Shown here: piece after piece, positions 50,795 to 64,000 of the stretch
Numbering within the stretch: the stretch's first letter is position 1
How the letters are laid out: the number at the start of each line of letters is the position of its first letter
Origin: Lingula anatina
Lineage: Eukaryota > Animalia > Brachiopoda
DNA: 64,000 nucleotides
Assembly (NCBI GenBank): GCA_051362555.1
Contig: CM120647.1
Span: 12,562,651-12,626,650, forward strand
Direction of reading: 5' to 3'
Notes under the pieces: generated by a model
The model's database searches: none
Told to the model about the DNA's origin: nothing
Seen by the model: the letters and a program-made list of their open reading frames with translations, nothing else
Program-made: the position numbers and the translations under genes

Positions 50795-50845
<51 letters not shown>
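50702..50845. repeat. Compound (TA)n-(GA)n microsatellite
   Basis: Direct reading. Confidence 0.95.
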
Positions 50846-50849
<4 letters not shown>

Positions 50850-52246
50850 ATGGTTTTGTTTCCTTGTTTGGATTTGTTTAATTTTTTTTTATTTCTAAAC
50901 CCATATATATACTATAATCATATATCGATTATAAAGTATTCTACATACATCGATACTTTGAAGTGGTCTCGGCTGGTCAAAATAAATGTGTTGTTGTTTC
51001 TTTTATGTATCCCGAGTTTGATGTCAGCACACGCTATTAACACACCTTTCGGTGTTTTGCAGTTTACGGATCTTTGCACGATGAAAACATGTTAATGTTA
51101 TCTTTTATTTTACACACAAATATATGTAGCGTGCATTGGGCTATGTTGTTCAGATTGTCACGCAGCTGTTTTTACAAGCGAACCAGACTTATATTGAACT
51201 TTGTAAATTCGGACATTGGTCACGTGGTTTAGACCCAATTTTATGCCCATTTGAATTTGCACGTTTTAAGTATTTTTAATGGGAAATGATGAATTGACAG
51301 CTTGTTTTTCGTGAAAGACTAGTCTGAAAGGGTGCATTGGTGTACAAATGAACTTCAGTTTAACAGCGGGACTCTATGTTTTTTACTCCTCTATCGTGGC
51401 ACTTTTTAGCTCACCAACCTCGTTGTGGGAATGGAATATAACAGGCGTGTGTTTACACAATTTTGAATTTGTTTTTATGTTTTTAATGGAAATGTCAGTG
51501 GGAAATAACAATTTGGATTTTTTCTAGCAAGTTCTGAATATGCTTCTTACTTATAGAAAGTTTTATATGACCAGGGCTGTGCCAGTTCTATTAAATCACC
51601 ACTTCCTTTGTATACATCTACATGTATGTCATGAGGACCTTGCTATATTTACCACTTTGTAATTGGGTACAAGTATTCTTTTGCTACAATTGTTGATTAT
51701 ATCCTCCTCTGTAATTAGAACTGATTAGATGCACACCTTATCATGGTTGCAATTTGGGTGATCTTTGCTATTGTCTAAAACACTATACCTGTGATTTAAT
51801 TGTCTGACTGTTTTTATACCTGCAAAATTTACCTGGTCAGGTAAAATGGCACGTCCAGACAGGGGGCATTATAAGCTATCTGAAACATAGACTGTGATGC
51901 TTGTAGAAAATTGTCTCGTTAAATTTCCGAATGATCATGCAAGGGGAAAATGTACAGTTATTATTTTTACTCTTTTCAGGTCTGTTATGGCCAATGAACA
52001 TGGGGAAAAGAAAAGGTCACCATCTTCTGTTACTACTCCAGGCAGACAGAGGCTGCTGCTATCACAAAGAGATACGGCATAGAATTTTAAATTAGAATTA
52101 ACTAATTGAATCCATCCATTGCATCTTACACTGCTGTCTGACATTTAATCCTTATTATACATTTGAAATCTCTATCAAAATCCTATAATACTGCTACATG
52201 TACAAGCAAATAAATAACGTACAAGAATCAAATAATATCCATAATA

Positions 52247-52438
52247 CAGGGGCGGATCCAGATATATTTTCTGACAGTCTTCCAAATTATCTTTGCATCC
52301 ATCCTCCATTCAACATCATCCGAAAAAAAAAAAAAAGAAAAGAAAAAAAAAAAAAAAAAAACTAAGTTATCGTCAATGGAAACTTGAAAATCTGACCGTC
52401 TTCCGAGAGACCCAGAAGACTGCCTCAATCTGCCCCTG
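52247..52438. mobile_element. CAGGGGCGGAT-TIR MITE with 6-bp TSD ATAATA
   Basis: ATAATA at 52241-52246 and 52439-52444. Confidence 0.88.
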
Positions 52439-53687
52439 ATAATACACAGACAATTTACAGGTATATGACATTCTGATAAAAAATCGTATATGCTTCCTAC
52501 AAAATATTAACAACACATTTCTGATCACAGAAAAAAATGTCCTGTGTGTGCACTTTTCATTTTGTGTCAGCACTATTCATGATGATAATAAATGCCCATG
52601 AAGGTGTACGCCTGTTCAATATGATATGTAAAGGAGTCAGCCTTCCAGTCTACAACGTGCAAGAGAGCGGCCTTACTAGTACTTACCCAATGACGTTTTC
52701 TCTCCACTGACATGATTTTTAAGAAAACCATGTGAACTGCATTATTATTTTTATTTTGCACACTTATCACAAACAATTTTTTACTTGTATTGACAACAAA
52801 ACTAATTGCAAGCATGGATTTGTATTTAAACTTTTGATCAAAATAAAAACAACTTGTAATTTCTACTTAATATAGGCCTACTATAAGCAGGTAAGTAACC
52901 TGTGCTGTTATCCAATACCTGAGAGGGCACCTAATGGGGCACTGTTGTTTATACATGTCGAAGATAAACCAAATAACTTCGTTAGGTCGTCGTTGTGGAA
53001 AACTCAGCTTTTACATAGTCAATTCATTGAAAAATCTGTATCAATGATCATAATGTGTGTAATGTGGTCTCTGTTATCCAAAATTTGAATTAACCAGTCG
53101 ATAACATAAGAGTATTAGTATTTTTTCTGAGGTTTTCGCGGTTTCCGTATGCCAGCATGATGGGCTGAGTTAAGGATTGTACTCGCGTATTCTCGCAAGT
53201 TAACGGACTGCTCTGTGGATTTCCACAGGTGAACCCCCCGTCGCTTTGGCCTGTCACTCGTACACTTTGTCCCGCCCCTTAACAATAGACAATAGACTGC
53301 CACCCGTTTCCATTCCCTCCGATATAATTCCCTGGTCCAACTCACCTGCCAGAGAAAAATCTTAGCATCTTAAACTGTATCAAAAGTCCATTTGAAAAAG
53401 TTCCCATTGATTTTACCTCACGGCGGCTAGAAATAGTACAGCAAGGTGTTATACAGCTAACCCCGTGTGACCAACGCTGAAAATTAGCATCCAAATCCTG
53501 CCCTGTTAGTAATTTGTTTGTGGCACAGTGAAAGGCCGGTATTGAATCAATGTGTGAGTGCATTGATTTCCTTACTTTTCAGCCTCAATATCATAATGAA
53601 CTCATTCTGCTTACCTGGTTATTATTGATGGAGTTACTGGTAAATGTATTAGTGAAGGGCTGGCTTGCAGGGACTGAGAGAGAGAGA

Positions 53688-54233
53688 GAGCGCATTCTCA
53701 ACGAATTAAGCCAGGCTTTACAAAGCCGGTGACCTAAAAATGGCGGACGTACATGAAAGAAAAACCGCCTAATCTTTTAATAGTCTCTCCGCCTCCCCAC
53801 ACGTCGTCCCTGCGGGGTACAGTAATTAAATCTCGGCACCGTTCGCCATGCGGAAGCTACCTGAGAAATATTAAGTGCGCATGCTCATCAGTTAAACTCG
53901 TGGTGAAGAAAGCATGGCGGCTGAAGGCGATCGAAGGAAAAAAGCTCTTCTGTTCTATTATCTTTGAAAACAGAGACGAAAAAGGAATAATTTGGCCCGT
54001 AGAGCAGCAATGAATCAACTATCTACGGAGATAATATCACCAGAGATATTCACGGAAATATTAATGTTCGGAGCCGAGATTTAATTATTGTATCCCGCAG
54101 GGACGACGTGTGGGGAGGCGTGTGAGAGGCGGAGAGACTATTAAAAGATTAGGCGCTTTTTCTTTCATGTACGTCCGCCATTTTTAGGTCACCGGCTTTG
54201 TAAAGCCTGGCTTAATTCGTTGAGAATGCGCTC
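53688..54233. mobile_element. 546-bp MITE with ~155-bp near-perfect TIRs, inserted in a GA-rich tract
   Basis: GAGCGCATTCTCAACGAATTAAGCC... / ...GGCTTAATTCGTTGAGAATGCGCTC; flanked by AGA on both sides. Confidence 0.92.
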
Positions 54234-54433
54234 AGAAAGAGAAGAAAGGAAAAAGACAGATAATTGAACAATGTCACAAGTATATATGTTGACCACCCTC
54301 AAATATGAAAAAAAATACAAAGAAGCTAATCCACAAATGTACACCTAAACACTGAAGTCTCCATATCCAAAATGCTTCAGCAAAACATTTGTAAAATAGA
54401 CAACAAAAAAGATATCAACAAGAATACAACCAG

Positions 54434-55005
54434 CATAAAGGACGTTTAGCACTAACCAGTGTTTTACACCCCATTTCCATAGATTAGATCGACCTACTTT
54501 AGATCGACCTAACTCCCTGGGGGTTCCCGCTAAATAGCTGTCAGCCTGGCGGACACGAAAGTTAATTAAGCCCTTACAGCTTGTAGTAGGCGGGACGGAC
54601 ATTTAAGTCGGATTATCTGAAAGTAATCTAGTGAGACTCCCCGCGGGGATAGGTCGATCTAAAATCTATGGGAACCCCCAGGGAGTTAGGTCGATCTAAA
54701 ATAGGTCGATCTAATCTATGGAAATGGGGTGTAAATCTAACCAGTGGATAAATTCTCCTAACACCTGTTAACTAAACGGCAGTTGAAGTTGTGTTTCATA
54801 AACAGCGTTTAATCAGCATGTTAGTTAACTGACCTTTAAATATTATATCCAGTTAAGCACTGGACAGTTAACTAACCGGCTGTTTGAACACTGTTTATGC
54901 AACACAATTTTAACCACCTTTCAGTTAATGGGTGTTAGGAGAATTTATCCACTGGTTAGGCTTATACACTGGTTAGTGCTAAACGTCCTTTATGAAACTG
55001 GGCCC
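54434..55005. mobile_element. Palindromic MITE (left tip lost) with a nested MITE at ~54466-54732
   Basis: CATAAAGGACGTTTAGCACTAACCAGTG / CACTGGTTAGTGCTAAACGTCCTTTATGAAACTGGGCCC; the nested element has ~60-bp TIRs. Confidence 0.85.
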
Positions 55006-56630
55006 AGATTGAAGTGTGCAATATACACCCCTAAGAGTACAATCCTGGGAGAGACAAATTTAAAACAGACAAGTGACAAATACAGCAAGGACTTTATCTT
55101 TGCAATGGAGAAAAATTATCTAGGTTTTCAGAAGAAACATAACTTTGGAATCATTAAAAAATATTACTAGTATTCTACATAGCATTTTTGTACTTTTACT
55201 GTATGGAACAGTACTAAAGGGCAGCCTGTTTTCCACATCAACAAAAACAAAAAATCAAAAATAAGGAAAAAGAATACAGTCTCAGTACATATTATTAAAA
55301 TAACTGCATTCAAGTCTCTTTCCTTCATGAATCCCCTCCCCAGTGTCTGTCAGGTGCTCTTCTCATGCCTCTTCTCCCCAGGCAACCGACCCACAGCGCT
55401 ACCATTTAGATTGGAAGTTGATGTCACATATTGTTTTTTATTAACTAACACAACACTGAAGTTTCCTGCCATATTACAAAACAAACTGGAATTTCAGAAC
55501 TTTTTTTAACCTTTTCAAGTCCCCCAGGATAAGTGCGTGATTGTTTGATATAAAGATAATTAATATTTCATGCTACTTATGTATTTAAGTTTGTGGTTAT
55601 TTGTACTGGGATGGTAAATCTATATTACAAAACTTCATAAGCTCAAGGGGCTAACTCATTATCAATTGACTGTATGATTTGTTATGCTTTCTGTTCGTTC
55701 ACTTAAGTAAATACAAGAACTGGAAAAAAATCACGAATGTCTCAAGACAAAATAAAGAACACTGGCACACCCTGTCTGTCAATGCTGGGTTTTGTAAGGT
55801 TAGACATTAATGTGTTTACTGTTCTGCTTTTCTCCATTGTGATGTTGCATTGCTTTCTTTAATGACTATATGTTAGGACTGTTACAACATTGGCAACTTT
55901 ATCATACCTAAGACAGGTATCACATGACACACACTCCACACACAAGTTGTGTCTTGTGTCTTCTGTCAACTTAACTTGTCTGGTTTATCTTTGCTAAAGA
56001 AAAACAGGTCACTCACACCCACGTGTGTGTGTGTGACTGTGAGAGAGAGAAAGAGAAAAAAGTCTTGTTCAGCAGTATGGGCATGATGGATAAAAAGAAA
56101 TGCAAATAAAATAATTTTTCATGAACTGATTTTCCTCACCTACAAACTAAGCGACTTGAAGGTTCCTTCATCCAAGCAGAAGAAATTATATCCAAATTTA
56201 AGTATTCCATATGCTCTTATTCTCAAAGTTCCTCTCAAAGCGACCATGTCTGAAAAGTGTTCAGGTTTTTATCTAAACGAAAAATGTTGACACCTTCCCG
56301 CCTGGCATCCAGATGTTGTTTCTTTGCCGACTTTTCACTGCGACTAATGAAACGTACCTAGTGTCAACATAGTCACTACACCCCTGTGCCTGACACTTGT
56401 GATCTTTCTTTACTCACTTTCCTTTTTTATTTGAGGGACAAATCAAAGGAGAAAAAGTCTGATTCAGATGGCATTCCTGATCAAATTAACATTATTTTAC
56501 TGGATTTCACACTTTATAATGGAGGTTTGGGTTTCGTATCATTTCCACATAGACAAGTGTATAAACAAATCTCTATAACTGTCCCTAAATAAGATCCAAA
56601 GGCAGATTTTAGGACACTGGAAAACGGTGA

Positions 56631-56633
<3 letters not shown>

Positions 56634-56686
<53 letters not shown>
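56634..56686. repeat. (TA)n microsatellite
   Basis: Direct reading. Confidence 0.95.
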
Positions 56687-56689
<3 letters not shown>

Positions 56690-59600
56690 ATAAAATTATG
56701 TTTAAATCACTGACAAATGCCATATTTTTTCCAGCAAAATTGCTTTAAAAAATTGGTTTTATCCAGAAAACAAAAAATTCAACAACATATCATTTTTTAA
56801 ATTCATGTAGCTAACACTTTAAGGAAAAATCAACTTACAACAAAGGTATAATCAATGATATAAAATATTATAACTGAGTATGCAGAGTACTCTCTGTTCT
56901 ATAACATGCTAGTACTACAGTATATATAAGCATGCGTAAATATTACCTGGCAGTCACAGGCAAACAACATCAAGTTTTAATGGCGCGTTGTTATGTTGTT
57001 CCGTGTAAGAAAACAGCCTCGTTAATACAGTGTTTGCTCTACATTTCTATACGCAAGTCAGAATTATTGATAGGTCACTGGACAAGGATAAAAACGCACC
57101 TAGGATATTGGTGACTGACCCACTTAACTGACAATAGATAGTGTGAGTGATTGGTTTGGGTAGCAGACATTCAATCCTTTCACATTTTTTAGTTAACAAT
57201 CCCAGTGTATATCCGATACCTCCCATGTAATTAAGCCCCCCTTAAGCCTACAGTAAATAAGTCTAAAAGTTTATTCTCTACAGGTACCAAGGCTCAGGAG
57301 AATATTTTTCAACAGATATCTGCAGATATTGGGCTATTAACTAGATGTGCACATTCCTTTACAGAAGGGAATTTTGCCACAACAACAACTAAGTCATCAC
57401 CTATTTGTTCCCTGATACAGTACTTTAAGTTAGGTTGCCACAAGCAAACTTCAGTTCACATATTCCAGTACTTATAAAACAGTCAAGTCTCTCAGACTGT
57501 GCTCAGCTGAGTCATGTTAAGTCAATGCAGCATACTTACACACACAAAGAAATCTTCATTTTTAGAGATTGGAAGAGTACTAGTACACAATTGAATATAC
57601 TTAATGAACTAAAGTCTAGCTGTTACTAGTACATGTGTTTTCTAGAACTAGATTCAATAATCATTCGACTTAATAATTCAATATAATTTGCTTTACTAAA
57701 TGTATGTAAGTGTTCCTCTCTCCTTGAACTTTTTCTCTTTCATCTCATATATGTTACTTTGTAAATAGTATCATTCAAGTATCCTCTAACCTTTATAACA
57801 TCAACTAGACACTGTGCATTTTCTAAAGCTGTAGTTAATTATTTAGGTTACAGCGTGTTATAGTTATTGCACATTACCTACCCTTTCCATTACTCCCCCT
57901 TTCTCTCTTGTCCCTCCAAGTCCCCCAGGCATTACCCTAGGTTCTAGATTCCGGTATTGCCAGCTCGATCTTGATTTCATATATAACCCATGTCGCAATA
58001 ACAGGCTCTAGTGCACAGCGGCCATGTTAGGCTCCAGTCAATCAAATAGAACGGCTCCGCAGTGAATCTGCAGTTGAATGTCATCAGACCAAAATGAAAC
58101 GTAAAACAGATTTAATTCTGCTTTATTTAATTTTATTTGTTGTATTTAAGATATGTAAAGTGAGAAATAAATAAAATGTTTCTGAAAGAAGAAGGTATAT
58201 CCAATGTTTTTGTATTTTTTGCTTATCAAGGAACATTTAGTCCTGAGATATTACAATACACGTGCTTGCCGTGTGCCAAGTTTGACAGCTACACCCGATA
58301 CCACTATAAGGGCTTCGCAATGGCTACACCAAAATCAATTTTTAAAGCAGAATGTTGCTTGTATTGTGGCACTGACCTTCGACTGCAAGATATTTTCAAT
58401 TCAAACTTCTAAATCCGCTTCAGACACTTTGATTCTTGTCTCGTCTGCACGAGATTACATGTATGTCAGCGCAAGGCGGGAAAGGCAGCTCCAGGCGGAA
58501 AAACCTGTGACGTACGAGACTTATGACTTCCAAATATGGATCCAGGCGGACACAGCTGTGACGTGTGACTTCCAAATATGGAAGTCGCCCCAGGCAAAAT
58601 TTTGAAGAAGAACGCCCTCAGTTTGTCGCTGTTCGTCAGAGCTAGTGAAAGTGACTCCAAGCTGTATTAAATATTAAACAAACTAACTTTCACGTTGCTC
58701 TGACACTCAGGGTACCAGGCATATGTACTAGTAGCTCTGCAAATATCCCCATTCAAACACAACACAATTTAATGAACCCGCAGCTCCCAAATCAATTAAT
58801 TGCAATTAACAGCAATCATTGGGTCAGTCATCTCCATGTTGATTTACGAATTACATTGTTCGTAAAGACTCGTATGATATAATATCTACAGCTCAACATG
58901 CAAGCACTAAGCTGGTTACCAGATAATGCTCTCTAATTCATTTTACAGTGTTTGCTACTTATATCAGTCATGGGCAGTGCTTTATGACCACATTGGGGTT
59001 TCAGTGGTCAATGAGAACTCATTTTTAGAGTTAAGTTTCTGATGATCACCAGGCTCATAGTCGTAGTCGGGGATGGGGAGGGGTGGCGGTTTGGGTTTTG
59101 GAGGCTTGAACAATGCCCCTTAAATTTTGATCTAGGTACATGAAGGGCTTGATGGTAAAAGGTCTACTTTTTCCCCGAAACAGAACCCCCTCTTTGAAAT
59201 TTTTGGCTTTGGAACTGACCACCCTGATGAGTTTCAGAGGTCAATACAAAGTTGTTTTTAGATATCACCACATAATGATCAGGACTTTTTCCTTTCCCTC
59301 CTAACAACAGTCTTACATATGAAACAAGCTAAAACCAAGCATTATTTCAATCCCTAAATCCACAATTGACCAACTCCTCAGACCTGGTGTAGTCTGATTA
59401 TGTTTGCCCCTCATGATTATAGCACCACTTAACCAAACCTATCAGGAAATTAAAATGTCAGCCCTGTCAACAACATTAACAAGTTGTTTAATATTTAAAC
59501 AATACCCCTGGTCCCCTTATCAATAAACTGTTCCTGAGTTGTCAGGTAACACAGCAAATACAGTAACCTGTATGCTACTTCATCACCTTGAGGTTAATTG

Positions 59601-60429
59601 GTTTTCCATTCACATTTTTTAGTCAAATACTAGTTGTGGACAATACAGGAGATACAGAATTGATTAATTAACTCGGACAACATGATTCTTTTTAACTGAA
59701 ATTATTTTCTCATAAAAAGTATTTTGCCCAAATGATTTTTATTTCATTGATGTGCAGACACATCCCCTCCCTTCCCAAACCCAAACAAAAGCCTGTGCCT
59801 GCCACTACTTGTAGTGAACTGCTTGTACAATATTCATCACTTAAAATTATGTCATTAATAATTTGACACTAGTACTAGTATTTGGTTTATTACATTTGCC
59901 TGAGTAGGTTCATTTTTCACATCGAACAGCACAGTTTCCTATATCTCACCTGACTAGGAAGTGCTTCAAATGGACTGGTCATGTCTTTATCAGTTGAATT
60001 CTGTATCACTCCATGTTACGGGGGCCTCTCAGAGGGAAAGGCACTTTTTAAAGACACTTTTTGGTTAAAACCAACCAAATCACCCAGTGTACCCAACCCT
60101 TTCTTTTATCATTAATCAGGACCTACCTCTTTGTTCAACAGTTTTCTAAAATTATCCCTGTCAAACTAATTCCTCAGTATGAACTTCTTTAGAGTCGTCC
60201 CGAGTATTCAAAAGTTAAATACTTGACAAAACCTGCATGAAGGTGGTTAAACAGTTGCTGCACTCTTAAGTGTGGCTGTCACAATATGTGTTAAAACTCT
60301 ACCGATGTATCAACAAAGTACTTAAACCTCGGTCTATTAATACACAACATTTGTTGGTCTAGTGCTAAATGCTGAACACACATGGAGTTGAATATGCATA
60401 TTTGCAAATTGAACATTTTTTTTTAAATA

Positions 60430-60700
60430 GAGCTTGATTCTTCAAAGAGACTTGTATAAGAGAGTCTGATCCTTTAAAGACTTAAGAGGCCTGTGTAAGG
60501 GGGTTTGCTTCTTTAAAAAGACCTGAGTAAGAAGGCCTGATTCCTGAAAGAGGCTTGTGTAAAAGAGACTGAACAATTAAAATGGCTTTCGCGCAGGGGT
60601 CTGATTCTTTATTAGGGTCTGTGTAAGGGAGTCTGATCAATTAAAATGGCTTGACGTTGTGTAAGAGGGTCTGATTCTTTAAAGTAACCTAGCTGTGTAA
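60430..60700. repeat. Degenerate minisatellite, ~32-35-bp unit, ~8 copies
   Basis: Recurrent GAGTCTGATTCTTTAAAGAGRCTTGTGTAAG variants. Confidence 0.75.
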
Positions 60701-60728
60701 ACAGTAGAAGGTCAATAGTCTGAGTTAG

Positions 60729-62983
60729 TAGGGGGGTCCATAATTCCAAAAATATGTCAAAACCAGCTAAAAAGTTCCTTACACACCTAAAAACAATATT
60801 TCAAATGATCTTTTTGAAAGATCGTTGATAACTCAGCTGCTACATTTTATGATTACACGATTTTTAGCATTTTAGCGCGATTTTCAAGATTTTCTACTGT
60901 TTCGGGACTATTTCCTACAACATGAATGAAAGTTACATGGGCCTGACAAGTTATTTTAAACTCACCAAAGCCAAATAGATGGGGTTTTTTATTTGGTTTT
61001 TAAGAAATTTGTGTAAAAAGTTTATTTGAAAGCTAGCTAAATACTCAAAATCATGTCGGCATTGACACCTTAAATCAATAACATCATCATGGTAATTCAA
61101 CATTTCTCATGATTTCGTTATCTTTTTAGGGTATCTATACTGTATTACTGAAAAACTAGCTAGACAATGATGGCATCTAGCTTGTCTTGTAAGGGATGCT
61201 CTGGCATTGGAATATATCAGAATAGTTGCTGCTGTTGTAGCATTCAATTAGTTTCATGCCATAACAATATCCTGGGGTGCAACACACAGCAAATTGAAAG
61301 AAAAGTTTCAATGATTACATCTAAAGCTGAGTAGAAATGAGGTAAATGAGAATTTCTTTCAGCTAGACGCTCCTGAGTTTTTTGTTTCAACCAAGAATTA
61401 TTCTAGGAAGTGAAAGATACCTATGGCCTACATGTAGTTGAGAGTGTGAAACGATGTGCTAGTGCACATCTGAATGAGTGCATAGCTTTGACAAAGAAGA
61501 TATTACCAGGAATGGCAAAGGTTCTGGCTATGCAACGCGGAAAATACTATGGACTTGGTGAATATCCAGCTGAATATTCTGTGTTTGATCAGTGTGAAAA
61601 CATGGATGAAACCCCTGTCCACAACCTTTAAATGGAACTGCAGTGTGGTGACACGGATCAAAGATTGAGGAAGAAACCAAAACTAGAGGCTGTGGCTTGA
61701 GGGACTGTACTAAAGAAACTAGCAAATTAAGGAAAACTGTTTCTACTGAATACCGGTGTAACATGAAAATCTGACATCCCCCCCCCCCCCGTCAATATTT
61801 TATAATGAAAATCTGACCCCTCCCCCCCCCATGAAATTTTGACCCCCCCCCCTACAAACCTTTATAAATCTTATTTTATTTGGGTATATGACTTCTACAA
61901 CCCAAAGACTCCCCTATGAAAAAGCTATTTATTTGATATTTGATGATCATTTCAATACCTTTCCATTAAGTATACTTTATTAAGAACATATTGGAAATAT
62001 TAGAAAGTTTGATTGTAAAATATTGGGTGAAAAAAATGAAAAAAAAATCCTGAAAAATCTCCATTTTCATATCCATGGTATTTGGACTCCCATGAAGACA
62101 AAACCCCATTTTATATTTAGTCACCATACCATTATTTTCCACATAGTTTGCATTGTGACAAATATTTTGTTAGTATTTGAAAGTATGGTGGCAAAAAATT
62201 GGTGAAATTGAAATGATCACCGAATATCAAGTAAACAACTTTTCCATAGGGGATTCATTGTTTGGTAGAATAAACATTTTTAATTTTCTTCTATTCTCAT
62301 GAAAACATTTACCTGCAAACTAGCAAAAAGTGCCAATGTATCCTCTATTATGTATACTACAAGATAAAAGTCATATACTCAAATAAAATAAGATTTATAA
62401 AGTTTTGTAGGGGGAGTCAAAATGTCATGGGGGGGGGGGGGTCACATACGCTAGAGACACATCCCTAACACTGCCAAAATGTAGTCCTGTGATATTCAAT
62501 ATTAATGGAGGGAAGAGAAGGATGTTAACTCCAGAACAGTTTAGAATGAACCTGAAAAAGTTGTTGGGAAAAAGAAAGAAAGATCCACCATAAAGCCGAC
62601 TTAGGCTTCCAAAAAGCATTGAATTCTTAGTGAATTGAATTCGTATTGGTCTTTTTGAACTTATTATGAATCATTATCTAGGTGTTAGAACCCTTAGTTT
62701 AGTTTTCATATGCATTTAGTCTGTCAGAATTGTTAGTCACAATGAAATTTGTGTTAAATTGTAAGCACAAACATTGATATGAAAAACCATCATATCTTAC
62801 AAAATACAGAGTTTAAGTATTTTTAGCGATTTTTCTCCAAAATACTTAAACTCAAGTAGCAGCTCTGATAATAGAGATAGACTAATTTGTTTTTTTGTAG
62901 TTTGCTTTTAAGATGTATAAGCATCTTTTTAGGTGGTTTTGGCACTGTTTTGGGGAAAAAAGTTATCTAAGGACACCCCCCTA
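60729..62983 (+). mobile_element. Old DNA transposon with diverged TIRs and a decayed ORF (~61130-61770); nested fold-back element at 61814..62444
   Basis: TAGGGGGGTCC..AAAACCAGCTAAAAAG / CTTTTTAGGTGGTTTT..GGACACCCCCCTA. Internal stop-ridden coding-like stretch ..LAMQRGKYYGLG..PVHNL*MELQCGDTDQRLRKK. Inner arms ATAAATCTTATTTTATTTG / CAAATAAAATAAGATTTAT. Confidence 0.72.
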
Positions 62984-63376
62984 GAGTAAGGGACCATTCC
63001 CACAGATAATTAGATTGATCTATCTCCCTGGGGAGTCTCACTTAATTGCTATCAAACTAACAGGCTTACTAGTAAACATCTGTCACGCCTAGTAAAACTG
63101 TTAGGGGGTAATTAGCTTTACCCCTAGCTGATTCGGTAGGCGTGATAGACATTTAAGCCCCTAGAGCTTCATACTCTCAACTACATGTAGGCCATAGGTA
63201 TCTTTCACTTCCTAGAATGCAATCAGATTAACAGACAACTGCATCTCTTCCTGGCAATGAGTAGAGGAGCTGGTGATTATTAATACCGTATAATGCAAGT
63301 ATGATGGAAACAAACAGAGGCGTGTTCATCTGATTGGACTCAGCGACAGTCCCCTTGGAGTTAGTGTGCAGTAGCT

Positions 63377-63544
63377 CAGGGGCGGATTTAGGCCGTCTTC
63401 TGGGTCTTCTGGCAGACGGTCAGATTTTTAAGTTAACATTGACGGGTATCTAATTTTTTCTGTCGGAAGACGGTCAAAAATGGAGGACGGATCAACAAAG
63501 ATAATTTGGAAGACTGTCAGAAAATATCTCTGGATCCGCCCCTG
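63377..63544. mobile_element. CAGGGGCGGAT-TIR MITE (opposite orientation) with 6-bp TSD GTAGCT
   Basis: GTAGCT at 63371-63376 and 63545-63550. Confidence 0.9.
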
Positions 63545-63826
63545 GTAGCTAATGCAGTTTAACAAATTATGAATGAACTCTTAGGCCCTTTTCATATCAG
63601 ATGGTATACTTGAAGCTACTGCCACACTTTCAGAGGTCCTAACTTGTACATGTAGTAATGCTATAGGTTTTACTCGCTTGCACAAGTTTGACAAGACAAG
63701 ACCAGAATGGATGGCCATATCGAGTCACAGTAGTTATCGTCTCATTTCTCTTTTTGCCAGAATTAATTTTTGAAAATTGCGATTGATTACTATAAGAGGA
63801 AACTCGCACGTACGGAGGGTGGGCGG

Positions 63827-64000
63827 GTCTGTCACGGAGCAGTCGGTAGCGTGCATGGATACAAATGAGACATCAAAAGCGTCATCAACCATGGTAACTC
63901 AAAGTCACGGGTTCGAGTCCCGGATGAGGCACGTCAGTCCATCACTACAACGACCTTCCCCCTGAATCGGGATGTCACGAGACGGGAACGAATGAGGGAT
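63827..64000 (+). mobile_element. tRNA-derived SINE head or tRNA pseudogene
   Basis: A-box-like CGGAGCAGTCGG (63835-63846); B box GGTTCGAGTCC (63910-63920) in a T-arm hairpin CGGG/CCCG; imperfect acceptor and D stems. Confidence 0.55.

Noticed and set aside
53342-56250. Isolated minus-strand exon-like segments (donor ~53345; acceptor/donor pair ~56140-56250)
   Set aside because: No coherent reading frame or homology; they might be UTR or lncRNA exons but cannot be supported.
57940-58740. Possible transposon with internal ~45-bp repeats and a 133-aa ORF
   Set aside because: Could not define paired termini or protein motifs.
60430-60700. ~33-bp repeats as a CRISPR array
   Set aside because: Adjacent degenerate units with no unique spacers, no cas genes and a eukaryotic context; this is a minisatellite.

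Overview
AT-rich, intron-containing animal genomic DNA. The repeat complement suggests a marine invertebrate, probably a lophotrochozoan or mollusc (inference). Every host gene I can support encodes a predicted type II membrane, Golgi-type transferase. (i) A tandem array of Star-like FkbM/Methyltransf_21 SAM-dependent methyltransferases on the - strand: two intact copies, one frameshifted, one 5' stub. (ii) A six-coding-exon GT7 beta-1,4-glycosyltransferase on +, with the Ile signature of bre-4-type GalNAc transferases and a GC-AG intron. (iii) Three intronless-CDS paralogues of an uncharacterised family with a GT-A-like 'RN...YIFMDDD' motif. Together they look like a candidate glycan-building and O-methylation gene cluster (hypothesis, untested). 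The rest is transposon-derived: an RTEX-like LINE, a Tx1/L1 LINE with a 15-bp TSD, an L2 fragment, Penelope remnants with decayed hammerhead motifs, Tc1 fossils, an Academ-like long-TIR element, several MITE families, a Helitron-related 635-bp tandem array, a tRNA-like SINE head and micro/minisatellites. All coordinates were read by eye; repeat boundaries lacking TSDs are approximate.
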